Shown: positions 7,867-15,685 of the stretch, piece by piece | Layout: each line of letters begins with the position of its first letter | Position numbering within the stretch: the first letter of the stretch is position 1 | NCBI GenBank assembly: GCA_046290225.1 | Contig: JBKAGE010000001.1 | Span: forward strand, 32,001-96,000 | Reading direction: 5' to 3' | DNA from: Bradymonadia bacterium | GTDB lineage: Bacteria > Myxococcota_A > Bradymonadia > UBA7976 > UBA1532 | Length of the DNA: 64,000 nucleotides | Notes under the pieces: model-generated | The model's database searches: none | What the model saw: only the letters and a program-made list of their open reading frames with translations | Told to the model about the DNA's origin: nothing | Program-made: the position numbers and the translations under genes

Positions 7867-10440
7867 TCAGTCGATGGGCGACATGCCCACCTGCTCGCCG
7901 CCGCTGCTCATGCCCAGAGAAATGTAGCTCGTCGACATCGACAGCGTGGAGTAGCTCACGTAGGTCGCAGCATCCCAGATGAGGGAGCTGGAGCCCAAGC
8001 CGTTCCCGTAAACAATCCAGGTGGACTGGGTGCTGGTCACCGAGAGGCTGCTGTAATCGTTGAGCATCAGGCTGCTGAAGTCGCTGGGGATCGAGCTCGA
8101 CCCCAACCCGTTGCCGAAGGAGTACATCATCGCCTCCTGCGTCTGGTACATCAGCGTCCAGTTGGCGTCGAAGACGAGAGAGCTCGAACCCAGGCCATTG
8201 CCGTCGGCGATGGCGGCGGCTTCGTCATTCTCAAACCGGGTGGAGTTCAGCACCGAGACCCCTGGGGGCAGGGCCGTGGCCGGACCCAGGTTCCGCACGT
8301 TGTAGGTGACATCGGTGCTGTTGCCGGTTCTGCCGAAGAAGTGCTCGGCGATCTCCGAGTCGGGGTTCAGGGCGAAGATCACCCCGCGGCGCTCACCCTC
8401 TGCGTTGAGGATCGCCTGAGCCTCACCCTGGCTGAGGCCATAGTAGCCCAGAGCGGGAGAGGCCCAGCGGTGCATGTCGTCAGCAGCTTCTCGCTGTACC
8501 CGGTCGACGAAGAAGGTGGCCAGCTTGCCCGGCTCGTTGGGCAACTCGGCGGAATACACCAGACAATGATCCGAGCCTGCCTGAACCGAACAGCTCACGC
8601 TGCCTTCTACCTGACCTGACCAATGGCCGAAGATGGTCACGTCTTCAGTGAGCCCTCGGGCATCATCGTCACCGTGGTTCTCACGTACGGTGATGGCCGC
8701 CGCGAGCTTCACCTTGCTCTCGTTGCTCTTCTGCAAGGCGATGGGGCTCACGTGGAACCGCTTGAGCATCGCCAGATCGCCAGGGTAGTTGGCGTGATCG
8801 CGGTACAGCAGGGCCAGTGCAGGGCGCATCACCCCGTTGCCGTGGTTGGGCGAGAAGCCAGCACCCTGGCGCTCGCCTGTGGCGGAGATGATGGGTCGGA
8901 TCAGCTCTCGGGGGATCCCACGCTCGATCATGAGGGCGGCGAGGCCGGTGACCGCCACGGCGGCCTGTGAGGTGCCCGCAGCCATCCAGTACCCGTAGGA
9001 CCCGGGCTCGCTGGGATCGAAGGCCTCGGCGAGGATGCCGTCGACGATGCCGTCTCCGTCAAGGTCGCTGGCCATGTTCCCGCCGGGGGCGAGGATCTCC
9101 AGAGCCGTACCGGTGTTGCTGTACTCCGCAACAGAAGGCACCACGGTGGTCCGATCCCGGTAGGTCGGGCGGTCGTGGGCACCCACGGCGATCACGTGGG
9201 GCGCAGCAGCGGGCCAGCCTACCTGATCAGCGCCAGAGTTACCTGCGGAGCCCACCATGATGCTGCCCGCCTCGGAGGCATGACGCAGCGCCCGCTGCAT
9301 CATCTGACCCGGCTGATAGCCGACGCCGAAGGACAAGCTCATGTTGATGACATCTGCCCCCTGATCGGCGGCGTAGATCAAGCCCTCGGAGACCTGGAAC
9401 TCGGTGCCGCTCAACTCGGCGCCGAGGACCTTCACCGGCAAGATACGCGCGCCCACGGCGTAGCCGCGAGTCAGGGCCCCACACCGGGGATCGGCGCCGA
9501 GCAGCGAGGCGAGGTGGGTGCCGTGCTGGTGATCGTCGGTGGGATCAGCATCGTCGTTGACGAAGTCGTACCCGTCGCCACGCTCGGTGCAGCCCAGAGA
9601 GGGCGCATCTGCGAGGCCACTGTCCAAGATCGCCACCGTGACACTGCTGGCCCGAGGCACGACCTGGAAAGCCGTGGGCCACCCGTCGGCCTGCAATCGG
9701 CTCAGGCCCTGCATGTGCCACATCAGACCCGCCAGAGGCGGCGCATCGACACTCGTGAGCTCGGGGGCCTGCAAACCCTCGAAGAGAATTTGATCAGCCT
9801 CCTGCATCTGCCCGACGGCCAGCGCTTCGTTGGCACCCAGGCCGGCATCAGCCGCCTTATCCTTATCCTTATCCTTATCCGTTGCGCCGTAGGCGATGGC
9901 GTTGGGATCAGCGCTTTCAACACCAGGCAAACGACTCACAGTCTGCAGCGCGAGGGCGAGATCGCCCCCATCTGTCAGACGCACGCGCCAGATGCCCAGA
10001 ATCTCGTTATGTTGCAGGACCTCGACGTGGGCAGCCTCCCAGATGGCTGCTCGCGCCGCGGCGTCAACGTGCTGGCCCACACGGACCAGCATCTCACCCC
10101 GGGCCACCTCGACGACGTGCTTGCCGTACTCGAGGGCCTCGACCTCGGGGGTGCCAGGGGCGCGGTTCTCTCCAGGACCGGGCTCGATGGCGTTCTGAAT
10201 GATGCGTTGAGCGAAGGCGGCCTGTTGAGCCCTCTCCGCACGCTCGAGGGGGGTGATGTCCCCCCCTCCACCGTGGCTGCCCCCTTCGGCGACGAAGGGG
10301 TGGTGCTCGTTCGTCTGGCTCCCGTCTCCAGAATGGCCTTGCTCGCCGCCGAGCGACAGAAGCATCGCGCCGGCGGCCAAACCCGCAAGTGGGAGAGTCC
10401 AGCGCCGATTGCGCTGCCCTGATGGCAAGCCTCTCTTCAT
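7867..10440 (-). CDS. Secreted S8 (subtilisin-like) serine peptidase with propeptide and repeated C-terminal tail
   Basis: Catalytic triad motifs ILDSG, HGTHLA and GTSQAA; oxyanion motif SAGN; GAGGAGG RBS before ATG 10440. Confidence 0.9.
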   Translation of the reverse strand: MKRGLPSGQRNRRWTLPLAGLAAGAMLLSLGGEQGHSGDGSQTNEHHPFVAEGGSHGGGGDITPLERAERAQQAAFAQRIIQNAIEPGPGENRAPGTPEVEALEYGKHVVEVARGEMLVRVGQHVDAAARAAIWEAAHVEVLQHNEILGIWRVRLTDGGDLALALQTVSRLPGVESADPNAIAYGATDKDKDKDKAADAGLGANEALAVGQMQEADQILFEGLQAPELTSVDAPPLAGLMWHMQGLSRLQADGWPTAFQVVPRASSVTVAILDSGLADAPSLGCTERGDGYDFVNDDADPTDDHQHGTHLASLLGADPRCGALTRGYAVGARILPVKVLGAELSGTEFQVSEGLIYAADQGADVINMSLSFGVGYQPGQMMQRALRHASEAGSIMVGSAGNSGADQVGWPAAAPHVIAVGAHDRPTYRDRTTVVPSVAEYSNTGTALEILAPGGNMASDLDGDGIVDGILAEAFDPSEPGSYGYWMAAGTSQAAVAVTGLAALMIERGIPRELIRPIISATGERQGAGFSPNHGNGVMRPALALLYRDHANYPGDLAMLKRFHVSPIALQKSNESKVKLAAAITVRENHGDDDARGLTEDVTIFGHWSGQVEGSVSCSVQAGSDHCLVYSAELPNEPGKLATFFVDRVQREAADDMHRWASPALGYYGLSQGEAQAILNAEGERRGVIFALNPDSEIAEHFFGRTGNSTDVTYNVRNLGPATALPPGVSVLNSTRFENDEAAAIADGNGLGSSSLVFDANWTLMYQTQEAMMYSFGNGLGSSSIPSDFSSLMLNDYSSLSVTSTQSTWIVYGNGLGSSSLIWDAATYVSYSTLSMSTSYISLGMSSGGEQVGMSPID

Positions 10441-10560
10441 ATGTTTCCTCCTCAGCAGCCACACGTGTGGCGTCAGCAAAGGAAAAAACGGAACCTTCAG
10501 AAGCAAACTTGAGACACTTTAGAAAAAAGTGAGTCAGGAGCGACCCCCATTGGCTCGAAA

Positions 10561-11193
10561 TCAGAGGCTCTTGATCCAGCCCGTGAATCGCTCTGCGGCC
10601 TTGAACCGTGCGGGACCCACGCGGATCACCGCCCCCCGATGACGCAGCCACGCCTTGAAGCTTCGGGGTGGCACACTTGTTCCGAAGATTTGATTGTAGA
10701 GCAGCCGCACATGGCGGGTACGGAACGTGTCACCGAGCAATCCCAGGGGCCATGGGCCCACCTGCGCCTGTGTCATGAGACGCTGTCTCGCGGCCTCGAT
10801 GATCTCGTCGTGATCGAAGGCGAGGCCCGGCAGCGCGTCGAGGGGGAACCACCGCGCCTTGGCGGCGTCATCCCCAGCTTGGGCCTCGCAGTCCGCCGGT
10901 GCCAGGCCGAGCCAGGCGCTGGTGACCACCCACCCCCGTGGATCGCGACCAGGGGTGCCGAAGACACCGATCTCCATCAAGGGCAGGCCCTTGACCCCAG
11001 TCTCTTCCTCGAGCTCGCGGTGGGCGGCTGTCTGAGGGGTCTCGTCGGGATCGACGAAACCACCAGGCAGGGCGTAGCACCCCTTGAAGGGGGCCCTGGC
11101 CCGCTCGATGAGCAACACCTCGAGCCGGCCCCGGAGCCGCAAGGCCACCACATCGGCGGTGAGGGCGGGGCGTGGATACTCTTTCTCGGCCAT
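10561..11193 (-). CDS. NUDIX hydrolase, NrtR-like (NUDIX plus degenerate C-terminal winged-helix region)
   Basis: YPRPALTADVV, NUDIX box GGFVDPDETPQTAAHRELEEETG, RDPRG, AGDDA and LAFDHDEII. Confidence 0.88.
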   Translation of the reverse strand: MAEKEYPRPALTADVVALRLRGRLEVLLIERARAPFKGCYALPGGFVDPDETPQTAAHRELEEETGVKGLPLMEIGVFGTPGRDPRGWVVTSAWLGLAPADCEAQAGDDAAKARWFPLDALPGLAFDHDEIIEAARQRLMTQAQVGPWPLGLLGDTFRTRHVRLLYNQIFGTSVPPRSFKAWLRHRGAVIRVGPARFKAAERFTGWIKSL

Positions 11194-11229
11194 GGGGCCT
11201 CCCGTGCACCTGTGCGCTGCGGCGGGGGA

Positions 11230-11247
11230 TAACACGAATTTGTGATA
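11230..11247. promoter_or_regulatory. Imperfect AT-rich palindrome, candidate operator between the divergent NUDIX and COG0523 genes
   Basis: TAACACGAATTTGTGATA is self-complementary at 14 of 18 positions and lies in a 65-bp intergenic gap. Confidence 0.45.
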
Positions 11248-11258
11248 CACCCCAACCC

Positions 11259-12545
11259 ATGCGTCTCCCTGGACTCGTCGACCTCGTAGGACAATGGCTT
11301 GCCGCAGCGGTGGCCCTGTCACCCTTGCTCCTGCCCGAGAGCACCCCCTATCTGGTGGCCGCATCGATGGTGCTGGCCCTTCTGGGTGCGGGCCTGTGGG
11401 CCATACGCCACCGCGCAGTGGCTCTGCTCCATCTCTCGGCGCTGGCAGCCCTCAGTACATGGGCGGTGATCTACCCCTCGACGGGGCTCGCCCTGGCACC
11501 TCTGCTCGTCGGCGCCTTGTTGCAATACGCAGCCCACAGCGTGGGACGACAAATCGCCCGTCGAGGCACGCGCCCTCCACTGCACGTGCTCACGGGTTTT
11601 CTGGGGAGCGGCAAGACCACGCTGCTCAATCGACTGCTCTCCGATCCGTCACTGGCAGGCACGGCGGTCATCGTGAACGAGTTCGGTGAAGTGGGGGTCG
11701 ACCACGTGCTGCTCGAGGCGGTGGACGAGCAGATGATGCTCTTGAGCAGCGGATGTGTGTGCTGCACGGTGCGGGGTGATCTGGTGCAGACCGTGGAAGC
11801 CCTGCACCAGAAGGTGGCCACGGGGGTGATCCCTCCCTTCGACCGCATCGTGCTCGAAACCACGGGGGTCGCCGATCCGGCGCCGATTCTCCAGACCCTC
11901 ATGGCCTCGCGGCGCTTGCGGGCTCGCTGCACTCCTGGGGTGGTCGTCACGGTGGTGGACGCCATGCGGCCGACGTTGCTCGATGCCCAGACCCTCGATC
12001 CGGTGGCCATCGCTCAGGTTGCCCTCGCGGATCGGCTGGTCCTGTCGAAGCTCGATCTCGACCCTGAGGCGGAGTCGCTGAGTACCCTGCAGAGCACGCT
12101 GAGATCGCTCAACGGACGGGCAGAGTATCTCTCGGGTGACGATGTGCGCCCTCGATCACTCTTTGCCCCTGTGAGAGGTCATGGCGTCGACCACGAGCAT
12201 CACCACCACACGCATGCGCATCACAATGTGTCCACGTTCACAGTGGAGCTGCCCGACCTCTTGAGCCGAGGGCAACTCGAGAGCTGGTTGCTCACCCTCA
12301 TGGAGCAGTACGGGCCCGACTTGTTGAGGGTAAAGGGCCTCGCCCGCCTGCGGGAGCGGCCACGCAAGCCTGCGGTGATCCACGTGGTGCAGCACATGGT
12401 GGCGCCCTTGTCGTGGCTGGACCGCTGGCCCTCGGACAGCCAGGTGGGCCGATGTGTCTTCATCGGCCGTGGTCTCGACCGGGCCATGATTGAGGGTTTA
12501 CTTCACGGTCGAGTGTCGCCTCAGATTCACACCCGCACAGAGTGA
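11259..12545 (+). CDS. CobW/COG0523 (G3E) metallochaperone GTPase with N-terminal membrane segments
   Basis: GFLGSGKTT, VNEFGEVGVD, GCVCCTV, ETTG, a His-rich linker HEHHHHTHAHH and a C-terminal LLRVKG motif; about 95 hydrophobic N-terminal residues. Confidence 0.9.
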   Translation: MRLPGLVDLVGQWLAAAVALSPLLLPESTPYLVAASMVLALLGAGLWAIRHRAVALLHLSALAALSTWAVIYPSTGLALAPLLVGALLQYAAHSVGRQIARRGTRPPLHVLTGFLGSGKTTLLNRLLSDPSLAGTAVIVNEFGEVGVDHVLLEAVDEQMMLLSSGCVCCTVRGDLVQTVEALHQKVATGVIPPFDRIVLETTGVADPAPILQTLMASRRLRARCTPGVVVTVVDAMRPTLLDAQTLDPVAIAQVALADRLVLSKLDLDPEAESLSTLQSTLRSLNGRAEYLSGDDVRPRSLFAPVRGHGVDHEHHHHTHAHHNVSTFTVELPDLLSRGQLESWLLTLMEQYGPDLLRVKGLARLRERPRKPAVIHVVQHMVAPLSWLDRWPSDSQVGRCVFIGRGLDRAMIEGLLHGRVSPQIHTRTE

Positions 12546-12581
12546 CCACGAGAAATGGCGTCTTTTCATGAGGCTTCTACA

Positions 12582-12596
12582 TGGTACGGCGCTTGC
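12582..12596 (+). promoter_or_regulatory. Putative sigma54 (-24/-12) promoter
   Basis: TGGTAC-GGCGC-TTGC matches the TGGCAC-N5-TTGC consensus with one mismatch, 56 bp upstream of ATG 12653. Confidence 0.65.
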
Positions 12597-12652
12597 CACG
12601 AGGGATGGCCGAATGCATATAGCCACCCCCTCGACGCATCTGAGAGGCCGAT

Positions 12653-13399
12653 ATGAACACCTGTACGCGACACCTCATCACTCTGCTGTGCACCTTGACC
12701 CCGCTCACGGCCATGGCAGCCCCCAGGAACCTCGTCGAGGCCGATCGGGAGAATGACGCCTCGGTGGATCGCGGCCTGCTCTCCTCTCACGCCGAGACCC
12801 TGCGAGCAGGCGAGATCACCTTCAACAGCTATCAATTGTTTCTCGCGGGACTGAGCGCTGGTGTCACCGACGACCTGCAGCTCTCGGGCACCTTCTTGCT
12901 CCCAGCCTTCGAGGTCTTCCCGTTCTTTGGCATCTTTCAGGGCAAGTACAGCCTGAGCCGCTCGGAGACCACTTCGATCTCGGTCACCGCCAACGCGATC
13001 TACACCGAAGGCGGCTTCACCAGCTTCGGCCCGGGCCTCTCCATCGACCATCACCTGGGCGCGGTGTCGCTCCATGGCACCCTCATCGTGAACGCCGCCC
13101 TCGGTGAAGATGAGTTCGATGACGACCGGGAGGTCGAATCGGGGTTTCTGGTCGTCGCCGACCTCGGCTTCACCGCCCGCTTGAGCAAACGCTTCAAGCT
13201 TCTCGGCGAGCTCAAGGTGCCCATGCTCCTCGCTGCGGGGGAGAACAGCGGCTTCAGCGAAGATCTGGCTCTGGCCACCTATGGCGTGCGTTTTCACGGG
13301 TCCAACCTCGCCGCAGATCTCGCGTTCCTCAGGCCCGTCACCGACTATGAAGACTTTGTCCTCGGCGTACCCTATGTGGCCTTCTCCGCCCGTTTTTGA
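12653..13399 (+). CDS. Putative outer-membrane beta-barrel protein
   Basis: Signal peptide (AMA|A), alternating amphipathic strands and a C-terminal YVAFSARF ending in Phe. Confidence 0.65.
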   Translation: MNTCTRHLITLLCTLTPLTAMAAPRNLVEADRENDASVDRGLLSSHAETLRAGEITFNSYQLFLAGLSAGVTDDLQLSGTFLLPAFEVFPFFGIFQGKYSLSRSETTSISVTANAIYTEGGFTSFGPGLSIDHHLGAVSLHGTLIVNAALGEDEFDDDREVESGFLVVADLGFTARLSKRFKLLGELKVPMLLAAGENSGFSEDLALATYGVRFHGSNLAADLAFLRPVTDYEDFVLGVPYVAFSARF

Positions 13400-13477
13400 G
13401 ATGCTCAGAGGCTGATTCACTCAGAGGCGCGCACACACCTGCGAACCTCTCAGACCTCTCTGATCGAGCACAGTCCG

Positions 13478-14020
13478 ATGTCACGCTCTCGTAAAGCTGA
13501 TCCCGAAGACGCCTTCGCCTTTGAAACGGCCATGGCCGACGTCACCCCTCTCCTGCCACGGGCGGGCAACCGCCTGCCGGGCAAGGCCCCAGAGAAGGGG
13601 CCGGTCGACCCTGGCATCGACGCCCGTAAACCGGTGGACAAGGGCACGCTCCGAGCCATGGAGCGCAACCTCGCCCACACCCGCTCCGCACTCCACGGCG
13701 CTCGGGCAGAGCTCGCCGCGGTCAAAGAGGAGCGAGATGAGTGGATCGAGCGCGCCCGCGCGGCGGAAGGTATGTGGTCCACCCTCAAGGTGGAGATCAG
13801 CCACCTGATGCAGACCCAACCTCCGACGGTGCCTCTGGTCGATCTGCTGGCCAAGGACACCCCTGGTGGGGCCGAGGCCTGGGCAGAGCGGATGCTGGAG
13901 CTGCTGCTCACCGAGCGCCGAGAGGCGCTGCTCGACGCTCTGCGCATCACCGCTGAAGGTTTCGAGACCTGGCGCGCAGCCCTCGAAGCGCCCACCGACG
14001 GAGATGCTGAGCAGGCATGA
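13478..14020 (+). CDS. Hypothetical coiled-coil protein
   Basis: Genome-like codon usage; central heptad-like segment; stop overlaps the next start (ATGA). Confidence 0.65.
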   Translation: MSRSRKADPEDAFAFETAMADVTPLLPRAGNRLPGKAPEKGPVDPGIDARKPVDKGTLRAMERNLAHTRSALHGARAELAAVKEERDEWIERARAAEGMWSTLKVEISHLMQTQPPTVPLVDLLAKDTPGGAEAWAERMLELLLTERREALLDALRITAEGFETWRAALEAPTDGDAEQA

Positions 14021-15576
14021 AGGCCACAAGGCCTCACCTTCCGCGCTGGTCAACGCTCTCGTGGTGTGTGTGGGCCTGCCTGTGGGGGTGCGCCGGGGAG
14101 CGCTCTAAAACATTCCAACCCCTCGTCGAGCCACCAGGCCTCGATGCGGGCCCCCCAGACGCTCAGATCGAGCAACCAGACCTCTCAGTGGTCGAGGACG
14201 CCGGCTTCGACGCATCACCACCACCTCCGCCCATGCCGATCAGCCGTACCCACTGGTTCGTGATCTACGCTGATCGCTGGTCTGAAGGGTTCAGAGGGCA
14301 GCTCGAGCCTGCTCATCGGCCTCTCCGACCCGACACTGGGGCTGAGGGCGCACCACGGGTGGCCGCCCTCTCCGAAACCCTGGCAGCCCTGGGTGAGCCA
14401 CCTGTGCTGCTGCACTGGCAAGGGCCCAACCACCCCAGTGACACCCTGCTCACGGCCCTGCTCGAAGCGGGCGTGACCGTGGGTGTGGACTACCCGCTCG
14501 ATGCACGCATCACCGATCAGCCTCAGCCTGCAGACGTGATCCGCTCTGATGTGGCCTGGCTCGCCGCTCGGGCGTTCGAGCGCCCCACATCACTCATGGT
14601 GAGCGGCCACCCCGTCATCCGTGTGCGCCCTCCAGAAGATGCGGCGCTGTGGTCGGTGTTCCTGAGCGCTCTCGATGATGTGAACGTGTCGGCTTTTCTC
14701 GTGGTGGAGATCGATCTCTCGTCACCGCCTGCTCTGCCCCCAGGGGCCTCGGCCCTGGTGCCGACGAACGGACCCGGGTACGCCGGTGACGAGGCCTTCG
14801 GTCGTCGTATGGAAGACCTCGAAGGCTGGCGTCGCTTCGCCACCGAATCCGAAGTCTCGTGGCTGGCCCTGGCCCATCCACCCATCAACCCTCGCCTCGC
14901 CGACCCCGGAGGCGCCTTCGACGGCCACGAGGGCGGGCTGGCCTGGCGCCGAGCCATCGCCCTGGCTCGACAGGAGGTGAGCGCAGAGGCACCTCTGATG
15001 ATCGTGGAGAGCCTCGGCGGTTGGGCTGACGATCGACAGCTCGAAGGGGTGCGGGGGGCAGACACGGCACACCCCGAGATGCTGACCGACGGGCTGGCCT
15101 ATCGTGCGTACGACACGCAACGACTCGATGCAGTGGCGGCACTGCTCCTGGCCCCTGCCACGGACACCCCTGCCCCACCGCCCGGTGAAGCGATCTCCAT
15201 CCTGCGTCAAAGCCGAGGTCTGTCTCTCAACATGCTGGAGCGCGATGCGGGGCGCGTGAGTCTGGGTGTCAGGCATCCCCCTGGCGGGGCGCAACGCCTC
15301 GAGGCACTCGTGGATGCACGACCCTTCATCGTGCCCCCTGGCCTGCAGCTCCAATATCGCCGCAGCGATGCGGCCCTGAGCCTGGGCGTGCTCTTCGAGA
15401 ATGGCAGCCGAAGCATGGAAGGGGTCGTCCGGCTGATGGATGCAGAAGGCGAGATCATGGCCCTCGATCTCTCCGCAGAGGCCGGGCGCCGGGTCGAAGG
15501 CCTGCTCTTGCGCTACACCGGTGACGGAGAGGGCCTCACCGGGGCCGTGGACGCGATCAGATACGTCACCCCATAA
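14017..15576 (+). CDS. Lipoprotein with a degenerate GH99-like TIM-barrel domain
   Basis: Lipobox LWGC. Segments LLHWQGP, LMVSGHPVIRV and IVESLGGWADDRQLE resemble GH99-family motifs, but the canonical NEWHE is not retained. Confidence 0.55.
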   Translation: MKATRPHLPRWSTLSWCVWACLWGCAGERSKTFQPLVEPPGLDAGPPDAQIEQPDLSVVEDAGFDASPPPPPMPISRTHWFVIYADRWSEGFRGQLEPAHRPLRPDTGAEGAPRVAALSETLAALGEPPVLLHWQGPNHPSDTLLTALLEAGVTVGVDYPLDARITDQPQPADVIRSDVAWLAARAFERPTSLMVSGHPVIRVRPPEDAALWSVFLSALDDVNVSAFLVVEIDLSSPPALPPGASALVPTNGPGYAGDEAFGRRMEDLEGWRRFATESEVSWLALAHPPINPRLADPGGAFDGHEGGLAWRRAIALARQEVSAEAPLMIVESLGGWADDRQLEGVRGADTAHPEMLTDGLAYRAYDTQRLDAVAALLLAPATDTPAPPPGEAISILRQSRGLSLNMLERDAGRVSLGVRHPPGGAQRLEALVDARPFIVPPGLQLQYRRSDAALSLGVLFENGSRSMEGVVRLMDAEGEIMALDLSAEAGRRVEGLLLRYTGDGEGLTGAVDAIRYVTP

Positions 15577-15685
15577 GGGCTCGCGATTCTCGTTGAGAGC
15601 CAAGGGTGCGCCGCTCGAAGAAATCCAGTAGAGTAGCCGGGATGCAGGCGTAGAGAGCCGGTCTGGGAGAGGGTCGCCAAGCCGC

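Noticed and set aside
9855..9880. (CCTTAT)4 repeat as a phase-variation switch
   Set aside because: The hexamer unit keeps the reading frame and only encodes a DKDKDKDK linker.
13478..14020. Smr/MutS2-family endonuclease
   Set aside because: The N-terminus (FETAMADVTPL) resembles Smr-protein leaders, but no LDLHG or HGKG Smr domain follows.
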